Shown here one piece after another: positions 30,121 through 38,990 of a stretch of DNA of 64,000 bases. The notes beneath the pieces are model-generated. The model did not search any database and had not been told where the DNA came from. It worked only from the letters and a program-made list of their open reading frames with translations. Origin of the DNA: Nitrospirota bacterium (GTDB lineage Bacteria > Nitrospirota > Thermodesulfovibrionia > Thermodesulfovibrionales > Dissulfurispiraceae); assembly GCA_963710375.1 (NCBI GenBank), contig CAVPZX010000008.1:160001-224000 (forward strand), given 5' to 3'. Within the stretch, counting starts at the first letter, position 1. Every line of letters begins with the position of its first letter. The translations under genes and the position numbers were made by a program.

Positions 30121-31872
30121 CTACTGTTTTGCGTTCTGTAATGCAGTGAACAGTTCCTGAGCAGTTGAGATAACTTTTGCATCGGCCTGATATGCGCTCT
30201 GAACAGTAATCATATTGACAAATTCGCCTGACAAGTCAACATTACTTTCCTCAAGGGAATCGGAGAAAATACTTCCAAATCCGGCGTTCCCTGCAAGACC
30301 GGGAATCGGTTGCCCTGAAGCAGAGGATTGAGTATACAGGTTGTTTCCATCATTTGTTAGCGCAGTCGGCGCATTAAACCGTGCCAGTTGAATTTGAGCA
30401 ATATTCTTGGTTTGTCCATTAGTAAATGTACCTGTTATGACACCGGTCTGAGAAACGCTGAAACTCGATAGACTGCCGGCTGCGTATCCGTTCTGGTACT
30501 GGTTCGTGACCGAGCTCGGTGAACCATATTGTGTTGTGCCGGTGGTTCCACTGCCGCCCTGGGCAATCGTCTCATTCTCTAACTGGCCGAAATCAAAGGT
30601 AATCTGCTGATTCTGCTGTACGCCGCCGGAGAAATTGAAGCTGTTATATTGGTCAGGCGTAACGCTTTCAAGGTCACCTGCGGTATCGAAATTGAGAACC
30701 CCTGCGGTCGTTATTTGAGATATCGTGGGTTGAGTACTGCCGCTGACGCTGTCGATCGCAGGGACCACGGACCAATACATCCAACTGTTTCCCTGTGCCG
30801 ACGAGGATATTTTCGAGAAATAGACATTAGTCAGATGGGTGTTGCCGTCCGAGTCGTATACAGTCATAGATGTCGAAAAAGCGCCTGCAGGGTTGTTTGG
30901 GTCAAACCCGGCGACCTGAAAATCACTTGACGCTTTATTGCCTGCTGCAATGCTCGTGACGCCTGAAGCTGGAACCTGACCACCAGTGTTAATATTCGAA
31001 AAGCCCAACATGTTCGATGCTGTCGTGTTTGCACTACTCCAATCAAAATTCTCCTGTATGAGATTGGCATTGATATTATTGATCGTAAACTCGTACTGAG
31101 TGGCGCTGGCGCTGGCAGTATAACTAACATTTACTGCTGTAGCCCCGAACGTGGCAATAACAGAAGAATTGGTATTGATCGCAGTCTGTACTGCAGCGGC
31201 AAGCGAAGATGCGCTATATGAACCCGCCGCGATAGTTATTGTAGTAGCTGCCAGTGCGGTTCCGCTTATCACAATTTGATCATTTGTAGGGCCTATAGTA
31301 AAGGGTGTGCCGCCTATCGGATCGTTCAGGGGCGACGATTCGTACAGATTCGCAAAGATTGTCGCCTGTGACGTCGCAGTTGGAGCGCCTACGCCGATCT
31401 GTGATATGTTTATGGAGCCGCTGGCGCCGAACGTGCCGGGTGTTACGCCTGTTTTTGTCGTAATCGGCTGAGTCAGCGCTGCGTTGCCCTGCAGAAAATC
31501 ACCGTTGGGATTCACAAGGTTCCCGTTTTGGTCAACACTGAACTGGCCGGCTCTTGTGTAATATTCGGAGCCGCTGGTGTCCTTGACAATGAAAAATCCG
31601 GCCCCTTGAATAGCCATGTCGAGGGGATTCGAAGTCGTTTGCAGCGTCCCCTGTGAAAAATCTGTTTGTACCGATTGAAGTGAAACGCCATTCCCGGTCT
31701 CGGTCGAAGATGTGGCTCCCAGAGATGTACTCAGGAGATTGGCAAATGTTGTAGAGCCTCCTTTGAAGCCTACCGTATTGCTGTTGGATATATTGTTGCC
31801 GATAACAGACAACTCCTGCGACATTGCATCCAGACCGCTTACCCCGGTATAGAGTGCAGATTCAATTCCCAT
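30121..31872 (-). CDS. flgE: Flagellar hook protein FlgE
   Basis: SALYTGVSGL...GNNISNSNTVGFK; YTRAGQF; VYDSDGNTH; LEESNVDLSGEF; start placed at MGIES. Confidence 0.95.
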   Translation of the reverse strand: MGIESALYTGVSGLDAMSQELSVIGNNISNSNTVGFKGGSTTFANLLSTSLGATSSTETGNGVSLQSVQTDFSQGTLQTTSNPLDMAIQGAGFFIVKDTSGSEYYTRAGQFSVDQNGNLVNPNGDFLQGNAALTQPITTKTGVTPGTFGASGSINISQIGVGAPTATSQATIFANLYESSPLNDPIGGTPFTIGPTNDQIVISGTALAATTITIAAGSYSASSLAAAVQTAINTNSSVIATFGATAVNVSYTASASATQYEFTINNINANLIQENFDWSSANTTASNMLGFSNINTGGQVPASGVTSIAAGNKASSDFQVAGFDPNNPAGAFSTSMTVYDSDGNTHLTNVYFSKISSSAQGNSWMYWSVVPAIDSVSGSTQPTISQITTAGVLNFDTAGDLESVTPDQYNSFNFSGGVQQNQQITFDFGQLENETIAQGGSGTTGTTQYGSPSSVTNQYQNGYAAGSLSSFSVSQTGVITGTFTNGQTKNIAQIQLARFNAPTALTNDGNNLYTQSSASGQPIPGLAGNAGFGSIFSDSLEESNVDLSGEFVNMITVQSAYQADAKVISTAQELFTALQNAKQ

Positions 31873-31969
31873 AATAAACCCCCTTTTTCTTTGCAATCAA
31901 TTTTTTAAGCGTTTATACTTTGTCCCATTTAAGGGAAATCTAATCCAAAAAACGCGTTCACTATAACCC

Positions 31970-32767
31970 TTAGGAGTTTTCGCCGAGCAGAGTGAACATA
32001 TCTGTGAACATTTCGTTTGTTGCCGACAGAACCGTAGAATTCGATTGAAAAGCATTCTGTACAGAAATCAAATTCCCAAACTCATCCGACTGATTTACGT
32101 TGCTTTGCTCAAGGGTACCACTGGCAACAGTGCCGGCGCCACCCGAGGACGGCAACAACAGTTTAGGCGCTCCCGACCCGTCAGTCTGGGAATACTCATT
32201 GTTACCCGCATTAGCAAGCTGGGTCGGCGCATTGAAAACAGCCAGTTGAAGTTGGGCAACTGTTTTCACCTGTCCGCTCGCGTAGGTGGCGTTGAGCTGA
32301 CCGTTCGGTGTCAGCTGGACAGAAATCGGCATAGCGCCGGTTGCATCGGGAGGTATAATTATATTACCTCCAGATCCTTGAACTATCTGTCCGCTGGCGT
32401 TTATAAGGGTTCCGGTCTTGTCAAGAGAGAACTCCCCATCTCTTGTATAGAAGGTATCATTGTTTCGGCTTGGGTCTTTAACTATGAAAAAACCGTTGCC
32501 GTTAATAGCAAAGTCGAGGGGGTTGTTGGTATTTTGCAAAGGGCCTTCAGTGAATTGCGTCTGGATAGCCTGGACATTTACTCCGCTCGGATTCTGCTGG
32601 AGTGAAGGCACGCCGACAGCCGAACTTAACACATTCGAGAACAGTGTCCGTCCGCTCTTGAACCCGGTGGTGCCAAGATTGGCCAGATTGTTGCCGATGA
32701 CGTCAATGGCTGAAGTGTATGCATTGAGCCCGCTGGCGCTTATAACAGTATCAGATAATCCGCTCAT
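31970..32767 (-). CDS. Short hook/rod-family (FlgE/F/G) protein, 265 aa
   Basis: GNNLANLGTTGFK, PLDFAINGNGFF, YTRDGEF and LEQSNV motifs; lies between flgD and flgE. Confidence 0.88.
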   Translation of the reverse strand: MSGLSDTVISASGLNAYTSAIDVIGNNLANLGTTGFKSGRTLFSNVLSSAVGVPSLQQNPSGVNVQAIQTQFTEGPLQNTNNPLDFAINGNGFFIVKDPSRNNDTFYTRDGEFSLDKTGTLINASGQIVQGSGGNIIIPPDATGAMPISVQLTPNGQLNATYASGQVKTVAQLQLAVFNAPTQLANAGNNEYSQTDGSGAPKLLLPSSGGAGTVASGTLEQSNVNQSDEFGNLISVQNAFQSNSTVLSATNEMFTDMFTLLGENS

Positions 32768-32793
32768 TCCAAATCCTCCTTGCCTATTGTTAA

Positions 32794-33267
32794 TTAGCTG
32801 CTCGTCCCCTGGCTGTTGGATAGGGTGACATTAGTAATATTGGAGTAATCAATGGTCGATGTGGTACCGCTCGAAGTGGTAATATCAAGCTGGAGCCCGG
32901 TTGAACTATTGGGGCCTCCGTTGCTAACACCCGTAACCACGCCTGTATTGCCGGTGTTGTCCGTTACCTTGTACCCGATCATGCTGTTCGCAGCAAACTG
33001 TTGTAAATTCTGGTTTACCTGGGTTTCCTGCTGCAGACTGCTGAATTGGGCGAGCTCAGCAACAAAAGCACTGCTGTCCTGGGGATTACTCGGGTTCTGG
33101 TTTTTTAACTGTGCTATCAGCAGGGTCATAAAATCGTTTTCTCCCAATGCTGCCGACGATGAAGATGAACTCGAAGTAGTAGACGAACTCGACGCAGACG
33201 ATGAATTGGTTGTGTTTGAGGTAGCTGCCTGGTTAAGGTAATTTGTTATGTCTGTCGATGATACCAT
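32794..33267 (-). CDS. flgD: Hook capping protein FlgD
   Basis: LGENDFMTLLIAQLKNQNPSNP...LAQFSSL. Confidence 0.94.
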   Translation of the reverse strand: MVSSTDITNYLNQAATSNTTNSSSASSSSTTSSSSSSSAALGENDFMTLLIAQLKNQNPSNPQDSSAFVAELAQFSSLQQETQVNQNLQQFAANSMIGYKVTDNTGNTGVVTGVSNGGPNSSTGLQLDITTSSGTTSTIDYSNITNVTLSNSQGTSS

Positions 33268-33281
33268 AATATCCTCCTTAT

Positions 33282-34796
33282 TTATGCAAAAAAATCGAAG
33301 AAACTTTGTTTTTGTTCTTTTTGCTGTCTTTGCTGTTGCTGATTTGCATCCTGTTGTCTGCCGCCGCCTGTAGATCTGTCGTCTTTCAAATCTGCAAAAA
33401 AATTCCCTGTCTTTACACCGGCGCTTTCTATCGAATTTTTTATCTGGGGCATTGCAACAGAGAAAAGGTCTTTTACCGCAGAGGAGTCAACCTTGAAGTC
33501 GGCAGTTAAAACGCCGTTTTCCACTTTGAGCCTTATTTCGATTGTGCCCATTTCAGGGGGAGAAAGCTTTATAACCAGACTTTTCCCTCCCGATGCAAGC
33601 GTTTTCACAATAGGATCACTCAACTCATTTAATTTATTTACAGGCAAGGTCTCCTGCGCCGGTTGGGAGTCATTGGCAAGCGGAGTCTGCTGCAGTGCTG
33701 CGGGAGAAAAAGCAGCGTTGCTGTCAGCATCTCCGGACGTAGATTTGTTTTGGTTATTCAAGGATAGACTTATTTCCTTGATACCCAAATTGCCGGTCGT
33801 GCCATCCATCAGCGAATTGAAAGTACCTCGCCCAGAGTTCACCATCGTATCGTTTGCTGTAGTCAGCGTTGCAGAGTTCGAATTGTTCAGCGTTGCAGAG
33901 TTCGAATTGTTCAGCGTTGCAATGTTCGCATTGTTCAACGTCGAAGTGTTCGCATTGTTCAACGTCGCAGTGTTTTCAAAGTTCAGCGTTGTAGTGTTTG
34001 CAGTGGTCAGTGAGGCAGTGTTCAGCGCTCTATCGTTGGCAGGGTTCAGCGTTGAAGCGTTTGGAGTATTCAGCACTAAACGTTCAGTATTACCGGTTAA
34101 ACTTTTCTGTGCCGCCACGCTAAACGCTGCAACTTCAAGATTTGCACCGCTCGTTCCGGCATTGTCAAGAGCGTCAATAGGCGCGTTTTGATCTGTAACA
34201 ACTGTATCCTGTGTTAACAGCACGGAATCCATGTCCAATTGTTTGCCCGCTGTCTGCCCTGTGGCCAGCGGCACTTCAGGAGTGTCACTAACAATCTGTC
34301 TTTTTATATCGCCCTTTTGAATTGCATTCCCCAAAGCCGCGATGAGGGCGCCAGCGCCATCATTGCCGCTATCCATCCCAGTTGCAGTAATAGAGGTGGT
34401 ATCAGAGGAAGAAGCATTGCCGGACTGATAAGGAGCAATAAATGTAACAGGCTGAGCAAACGATGTCTGTAGCTGCGCCATCATTTGCTGAAGCACATCG
34501 GTCACGCTGTCCCCGGAAGCTGATTTTTTGTCGGACCCAATGCCTTTACCTTTAGACATTCTTTGTATTAGCTCCATCAGGTTCTCCGACGCAGCTGTTT
34601 TGCCATCGGCGCGGATAATAGATCCGCCCTGAAGATTTCCAAGACTTTTATCATCACCCGAAACTATTGCTTGCAAAAGATCGGTAAAATTTGTTGCCGG
34701 TGAGCCATCCTCGCCAATCCCTTCAGGTACACTGGAAGACGTTATGCCCAAAGAGAGAGTTTTAGCACTTGCCTGCACCATTAAGCTGTCCAACAT
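33282..34796 (-). CDS. fliK: Hook-length control protein FliK
   Basis: Low-complexity N-terminus; C-terminal IKLSPPEMGTIEI (Flg_hook) and Q-rich tail; start placed at MLDSL after GGAGG. Confidence 0.9.
   Translation of the reverse strand: MLDSLMVQASAKTLSLGITSSSVPEGIGEDGSPATNFTDLLQAIVSGDDKSLGNLQGGSIIRADGKTAASENLMELIQRMSKGKGIGSDKKSASGDSVTDVLQQMMAQLQTSFAQPVTFIAPYQSGNASSSDTTSITATGMDSGNDGAGALIAALGNAIQKGDIKRQIVSDTPEVPLATGQTAGKQLDMDSVLLTQDTVVTDQNAPIDALDNAGTSGANLEVAAFSVAAQKSLTGNTERLVLNTPNASTLNPANDRALNTASLTTANTTTLNFENTATLNNANTSTLNNANIATLNNSNSATLNNSNSATLTTANDTMVNSGRGTFNSLMDGTTGNLGIKEISLSLNNQNKSTSGDADSNAAFSPAALQQTPLANDSQPAQETLPVNKLNELSDPIVKTLASGGKSLVIKLSPPEMGTIEIRLKVENGVLTADFKVDSSAVKDLFSVAMPQIKNSIESAGVKTGNFFADLKDDRSTGGGRQQDANQQQQRQQKEQKQSFFDFFA
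33850..34080 (-). repeat. 24-bp (8-aa) degenerate tandem repeat within fliK
   Basis: CAGCGTTGCAGAGTTCGAATTGTT occurs twice exactly, plus degenerate copies (NNANTSTL/NNANIATL/NNSNSATL...). Confidence 0.85.
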
Positions 34797-34830
34797 CCCA
34801 CCTCCTGATGACTTTGATGAGAAGAGGAGA

Positions 34831-34846
34831 AGCAATATGCATGCCA
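34831..34846 (-). promoter_or_regulatory. Sigma54 promoter of fliK-flgD-flgE
   Basis: Minus strand TGGCAT-GCATA-TTGCT. Confidence 0.85.
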
Positions 34847-34878
34847 AACAAAAATCGTCGGGCGTGTGGCATCACGAG

Positions 34879-34960
34879 GAATGTTAAATGTTGAATTTTG
34901 AATAATAAATTATGGACTTTTTCATTAATTCAACATTCAGCATTCAAAATTCAAATTTTT
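34879..34960. repeat. Inverted heptamer array (TTGAAT(T/G)-type)
   Basis: GAATGTTAAATGTTGAATTTTGAAT...ATTCAACATTCAGCATTCAAAATTC. Confidence 0.75.
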
Positions 34961-35048
34961 AAGAATAACGCTGACTCTGTGGTTAATTGCATTATTTGGT
35001 TACAGGAAAAAACTTCCAGGTAGGAAAAAAAAACCCGGCAATTGTATG

Positions 35049-35600
35049 CTACTTATTGCCTTTGGTGATAATTCTTTTGGAAATAGATGCTGCCTTATCG
35101 CTGTCCATCTGGGCAAGGATTCCGCCGGCAACTCTTGGCTTCAACATGCTGATTATAGCCACGGCAGTGTTCTCGTCAAGCTTTTCGAGTCTTTTTGCAG
35201 CTTCTTCAGGAGGCATTGCCTCGTAAATCTTACTTACTTTCAACAGACGCTCTTTAGTGTTTTGGTCTATAGTCTTTTGTGCCTCTTCAATCTCTTTTTT
35301 CAGCTGTTCGTTGTGTTCAACTTCCTTTTGAATATCCGATTTAATGATTGATAGACGCCCCTCTTCGATGGACTCCTGTTGCTTCGGCTGCTGCTGTGTT
35401 TGCTCCTGCGCAAAAGAGAGGTTATAGGCAATAGGCAATAGGCAATAAGACGGGCAATAGGCAATGGGCAATAGGCTATAGATTAAAGAAAACAAAAAAA
35501 TAAAAAATATTCTATGACATGTCTTATTGTCTTTACTTTTCCCGTTGCCTGTCTTATTATTTTTTCCCATAGCCCCTCGCCTATCGCCTGTCTTATTCAT
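35049..35600 (-). CDS. MotE/FlbB-like (MgtE_N-related) flagellar protein with a repeat-derived signal peptide
   Basis: Coiled coil, then KIYEAMPPEEAAKRLEKL...MLKPRVAGGILAQMDSDKAA; follows fliJ; start placed at MNKTG. Confidence 0.85.
   Translation of the reverse strand: MNKTGDRRGAMGKNNKTGNGKSKDNKTCHRIFFIFLFSLIYSLLPIAYCPSYCLLPIAYNLSFAQEQTQQQPKQQESIEEGRLSIIKSDIQKEVEHNEQLKKEIEEAQKTIDQNTKERLLKVSKIYEAMPPEEAAKRLEKLDENTAVAIISMLKPRVAGGILAQMDSDKAASISKRIITKGNK
35424..35592. repeat. Inverted heptamer array (GGCAATA-type) forming the motE 5' end
   Basis: (AGGCAAT)n arm; loop TAGATTAA...TTCTATGACATGTCTTATTGTCTTTA, shared with the 30007-30110 element. Confidence 0.85.
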
Positions 35601-35607
35601 GCAAGTT

Positions 35608-36045
35608 TTATTCTTTCGTTCGACGGGCATGCCGAATTCCCGCATGCTCGTCGGTCCCTATCTGCTCTTTCCTTTTAAATTCCTTGCGGAGCGCACTTTT
35701 TTGCTTCTCGTCGAGTTTCTCAAATGTCTTTTTCTCTTTCGAGGCTTCCTGAAGAGTCTTACGGGCAGTTTCAACCTGTATTTCCTTTAACTCGATCACC
35801 TTTCTCTGGCGCCGTATCCTGGCAAGCATATGTTCAAGATAATAATTCAATCTCTCAATTTCAGCAATGTCGATTACTTCTTTCGATACAGATTCAAATT
35901 TCCTTCCCGCGTGCATGTATTGCTCTTCCAGACCGAGAAGGCGTTTCTCTTCCGTATCAAGTTCTTTAAGGGCAAGTGCAAACTTTTGTTTTGCCTCATC
36001 CTCGCTCCAGCGCTTAAGATTCAACAGACTTTCGATAGCTCCCAT
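35608..36045 (-). CDS. fliJ: Flagellar export chaperone FliJ
   Basis: 145 aa coiled coil; ESLLNLK...KTFEKLDEK...EQIGTDE; follows fliI. Confidence 0.9.
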   Translation of the reverse strand: MGAIESLLNLKRWSEDEAKQKFALALKELDTEEKRLLGLEEQYMHAGRKFESVSKEVIDIAEIERLNYYLEHMLARIRRQRKVIELKEIQVETARKTLQEASKEKKTFEKLDEKQKSALRKEFKRKEQIGTDEHAGIRHARRTKE

Positions 36046-36061
36046 ATTTCCCTGTCAGAAG

Positions 36062-37387
36062 TTATTTCAATAATTCATCGAGTTCTTGAAGGCCTTGCTC
36101 ATACGTTACCTTCTCGTTTATTTCCTGCCTCAGGAAGACCCTGATCTTTTCCATCATGCCTATTGCGTAATCCAACTTTGGATTAGTCCCTTCCTTATAA
36201 GCGCCGATAGTAATAACATCTTCGTATCTCTTATATAACGCCATTATTTCCAGCACTTTCGTCACATTATTGATATGCTTCTGCCCGGAGATATCTTTCA
36301 TGAGCCTGCTTATGCTCTGCAGTATGTCGATAGCCGGATAATGATTATGGTTGGCAAGCTCCCTGGAGAGAACAATATGGCCATCAAGTATTGACCGGGC
36401 TGCATCCGCAATAGGCTCATTCATGTCATCGCCTTCAACAAGTACCGAATAAAGTCCGGTTATCGTGCCATCCTGCTGCCATGTGCCGGCCCGTTCGAGG
36501 AGTTTCGGCAACAGGTTGAAAACCGACGGGGTATACCCTTTAGTCGTAGGCGGTTCACCAGCCGCCAATCCTATCTCTCTCTGTGCCATTGCAAATCGTG
36601 TCAGTGAGTCCATCATGAAAAGAACGTTTTTGCCCATCGACCTGAAGTATTCGGCAATAGCCGTGGCGACAAAAGCACCCCGTATTCTGATAAGCGGAGA
36701 GGCGTCCGAGGTGGCGACCACAAGGACCGACCGCTTTAGTCCCTCCTCTCCTAGGTCCTTCTCTATAAACTCCCTTACCTCTCTGCCGCGCTCACCTATG
36801 AGGGCAATGACATTGACATCGGCTGCCGTATGGCGTGCCATCATGCCGAGGAGCACACTCTTGCCTACCCCGCTGCCTGCCATTATCCCGATCCGCTGTC
36901 CTTTTCCGCAGGTAAGAATAGTGTTTAAAGAACGTATCCCAAGATCAAGAGGTGTGGTGATACGCTGACGGTATAACGGATTGATCGGTTCATTATAGAC
37001 AGGGAACAGTTCACCGGTGAGCGGTTCTTTTCCATCTATCGGGTTGCCGATGCCGTCAACAATTCTGCCCAAAAGTCCGCTGCCCACCCTTATGTAGCGC
37101 TGTCTGCCTTTAGCCACTATCCTGGAGCCAGGACCTATGCCCCTCAATTCACCAAGAGGCATCAGAAGTATCTTATCTTCCTTAAAGCCCACAACTTCAG
37201 CCTCTATAAGCTGTTCTGCCCCATCGACGTTTGATTCTATCTGGCATATATCGCCTATACTGGCCTGAGGACCAAGGCCCTCGATCAAGATACCAATCCC
37301 TCTGCTTACCTTGCCGTATACCTTGACAGGATCGGTCTCCCTGAGAACAGATTTACATCTTTCTATGAGTTGCAGTGCTGATGACAT
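36062..37387 (-). CDS. fliI: Flagellar export ATPase FliI
   Basis: AGSGVGKS, ALIGERGREV, DSLTRFA and GEPPTTKGY motifs. Confidence 0.98.
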   Translation of the reverse strand: MSSALQLIERCKSVLRETDPVKVYGKVSRGIGILIEGLGPQASIGDICQIESNVDGAEQLIEAEVVGFKEDKILLMPLGELRGIGPGSRIVAKGRQRYIRVGSGLLGRIVDGIGNPIDGKEPLTGELFPVYNEPINPLYRQRITTPLDLGIRSLNTILTCGKGQRIGIMAGSGVGKSVLLGMMARHTAADVNVIALIGERGREVREFIEKDLGEEGLKRSVLVVATSDASPLIRIRGAFVATAIAEYFRSMGKNVLFMMDSLTRFAMAQREIGLAAGEPPTTKGYTPSVFNLLPKLLERAGTWQQDGTITGLYSVLVEGDDMNEPIADAARSILDGHIVLSRELANHNHYPAIDILQSISRLMKDISGQKHINNVTKVLEIMALYKRYEDVITIGAYKEGTNPKLDYAIGMMEKIRVFLRQEINEKVTYEQGLQELDELLK

Positions 37388-38013
37388 CTTCGACTTCCTT
37401 TATCTGCTCTTCGAGCCTGGCGTTCGACCTCTCCAACAGGAGTTTCAATGTAGCAGCCTCCCTGAGATATTGCGGCTGATGGCTCAACAGATATGTTTTT
37501 CAGTCCTGATTGTTCCTTGAGCAGGTCGATATACGATATCATAACTTCATAATCAAGCTGGTTCACCTTTATAACAACATTTTCTTCCTTTTCTGCAACC
37601 TTCTGAATGGCGTCCCTGGCAACGGAGACTATCAGGTTTCTATCGAGGTCGATTTCCTTATGAACTATCTTCTTCGCGATTTCGAGCGAGAGCTCAATGA
37701 TATTGGGTAACAGTTCAGCGAGCTTGTTCTCCCTGAATTTATCTAGATATACTATAATTTCTCCGAGTCTTTTGACAGAGGCGTTTACTTCATCCTCTCC
37801 TTCGGCCAAACCTTTAGCGAGACCTTGAGCATGCCCTTCAGCATAACCTCTTTTACGGGCATTGTCCTCAAGGGTTTTTATGCGCTCCTGCAGCGCCTCC
37901 TCACTCCGCGGCTCTTCCAAAGGAACGGCATCCTCAACTACCGGAATGGGTTTTACGGCATCAAACTGCGGAAAGGTATAAATTTGCACAGGCTTTTCCT
38001 GCGGGCTAAACAA
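37353..38013 (-). CDS. fliH: Flagellar export protein FliH (one +1 frameshift near 37423)
   Basis: GYAEGHAQGLAKGLAEG repeats; removing one base at GTCGAAC restores GGCYIETPVGEVDARLEEQ; probable TTG start at 38013. Confidence 0.88.
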
Positions 38014-38986
38014 TAATTTCTTCTCCACCTTTGCCTCCAACTACGATCTTGCCCTCTTCTTCGAGCCTGCGGGCAACCCTTACGACATTCATCTGGGCCT
38101 TTTCAACATCCGAAACCCTTACAGCGCCTTTAGCTTCCATCTCTTCCTTCAGGATCTGAACAGCTCTCTGCGACATATTCTTGAATATTTTTCCCTTGAG
38201 GTCATCAGATGCCATTTTCAAAGCCAACGCAAGGTCATCAGTGGTTATTTCTTTCAGGATCATCTGTATCCCCCTGTCATCAATGACAATAAGGTCGTCA
38301 AATGTGAACATCAGTTTTCTTATTTCATCAGCGAGTATCTGGTCCTTCTCCTCTATATTTTTAAGAATCAGGTCCTCGGAAGCCCTGTCGAGCTGGTTCA
38401 ATATCTCGGCCACGGTTTTGATACCGCCGATCTTACGCCCTCTGGTGTAACTCTGCAGCTGGGACTGGAGCACGTCCTCCAGTTCGCCCAATATAGAAGG
38501 GGATATCTGATCAAGGCTCGCAATTCTCAAAGCAACATCTATTTTTATATGCTCCGGGAGCTTCGACAAAACTTCAGCAGCCTGGCTTGGTTCAAGATAA
38601 GCGATAATTATTGCGATCGTCTGGGGATGCTCCCTCGACAGCAGGTTAGCGATAGCACCTGAATCAAGCCACCTCAGGATATCGAAAGCGCTTGCACCGC
38701 TCTCGATCTTGTCCATCAATTTTTTTGCATGATCTTCGCCAAAGGCCTTTACTAATATTTTTTTAATGTAATCCTCATCTACGACTAGCATGGCGGAGCC
38801 TATTCTTTCGGCAAACTCATCCAAAAGATTTTCAGCCAATTCGGGGGATAGCTTTACGCGCGCCATCATGGGAATGACCCTTGCCAGTTCAAGAGGATCA
38901 AGATGCTTAAAAACTATTGTTGCCGCATCCTCGCCGATAATTGACAGAAATGCGGCAACCTTTTCAACACCGGATAATTTTTTCAT
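38006..38986 (-). CDS. fliG: Rotor protein FliG
   Basis: EHPQTIA, MFTFDDL and NMSQRA motifs. Confidence 0.97.
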   Translation of the reverse strand: MKKLSGVEKVAAFLSIIGEDAATIVFKHLDPLELARVIPMMARVKLSPELAENLLDEFAERIGSAMLVVDEDYIKKILVKAFGEDHAKKLMDKIESGASAFDILRWLDSGAIANLLSREHPQTIAIIIAYLEPSQAAEVLSKLPEHIKIDVALRIASLDQISPSILGELEDVLQSQLQSYTRGRKIGGIKTVAEILNQLDRASEDLILKNIEEKDQILADEIRKLMFTFDDLIVIDDRGIQMILKEITTDDLALALKMASDDLKGKIFKNMSQRAVQILKEEMEAKGAVRVSDVEKAQMNVVRVARRLEEEGKIVVGGKGGEEIIV

Positions 38987-38990
38987 TCAC

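Noticed and set aside
33150..33230. Poly-Ser tract in flgD as a special repeat element
   Set aside because: Low-complexity S/T N-termini are ordinary for FlgD, and the codons are mixed.
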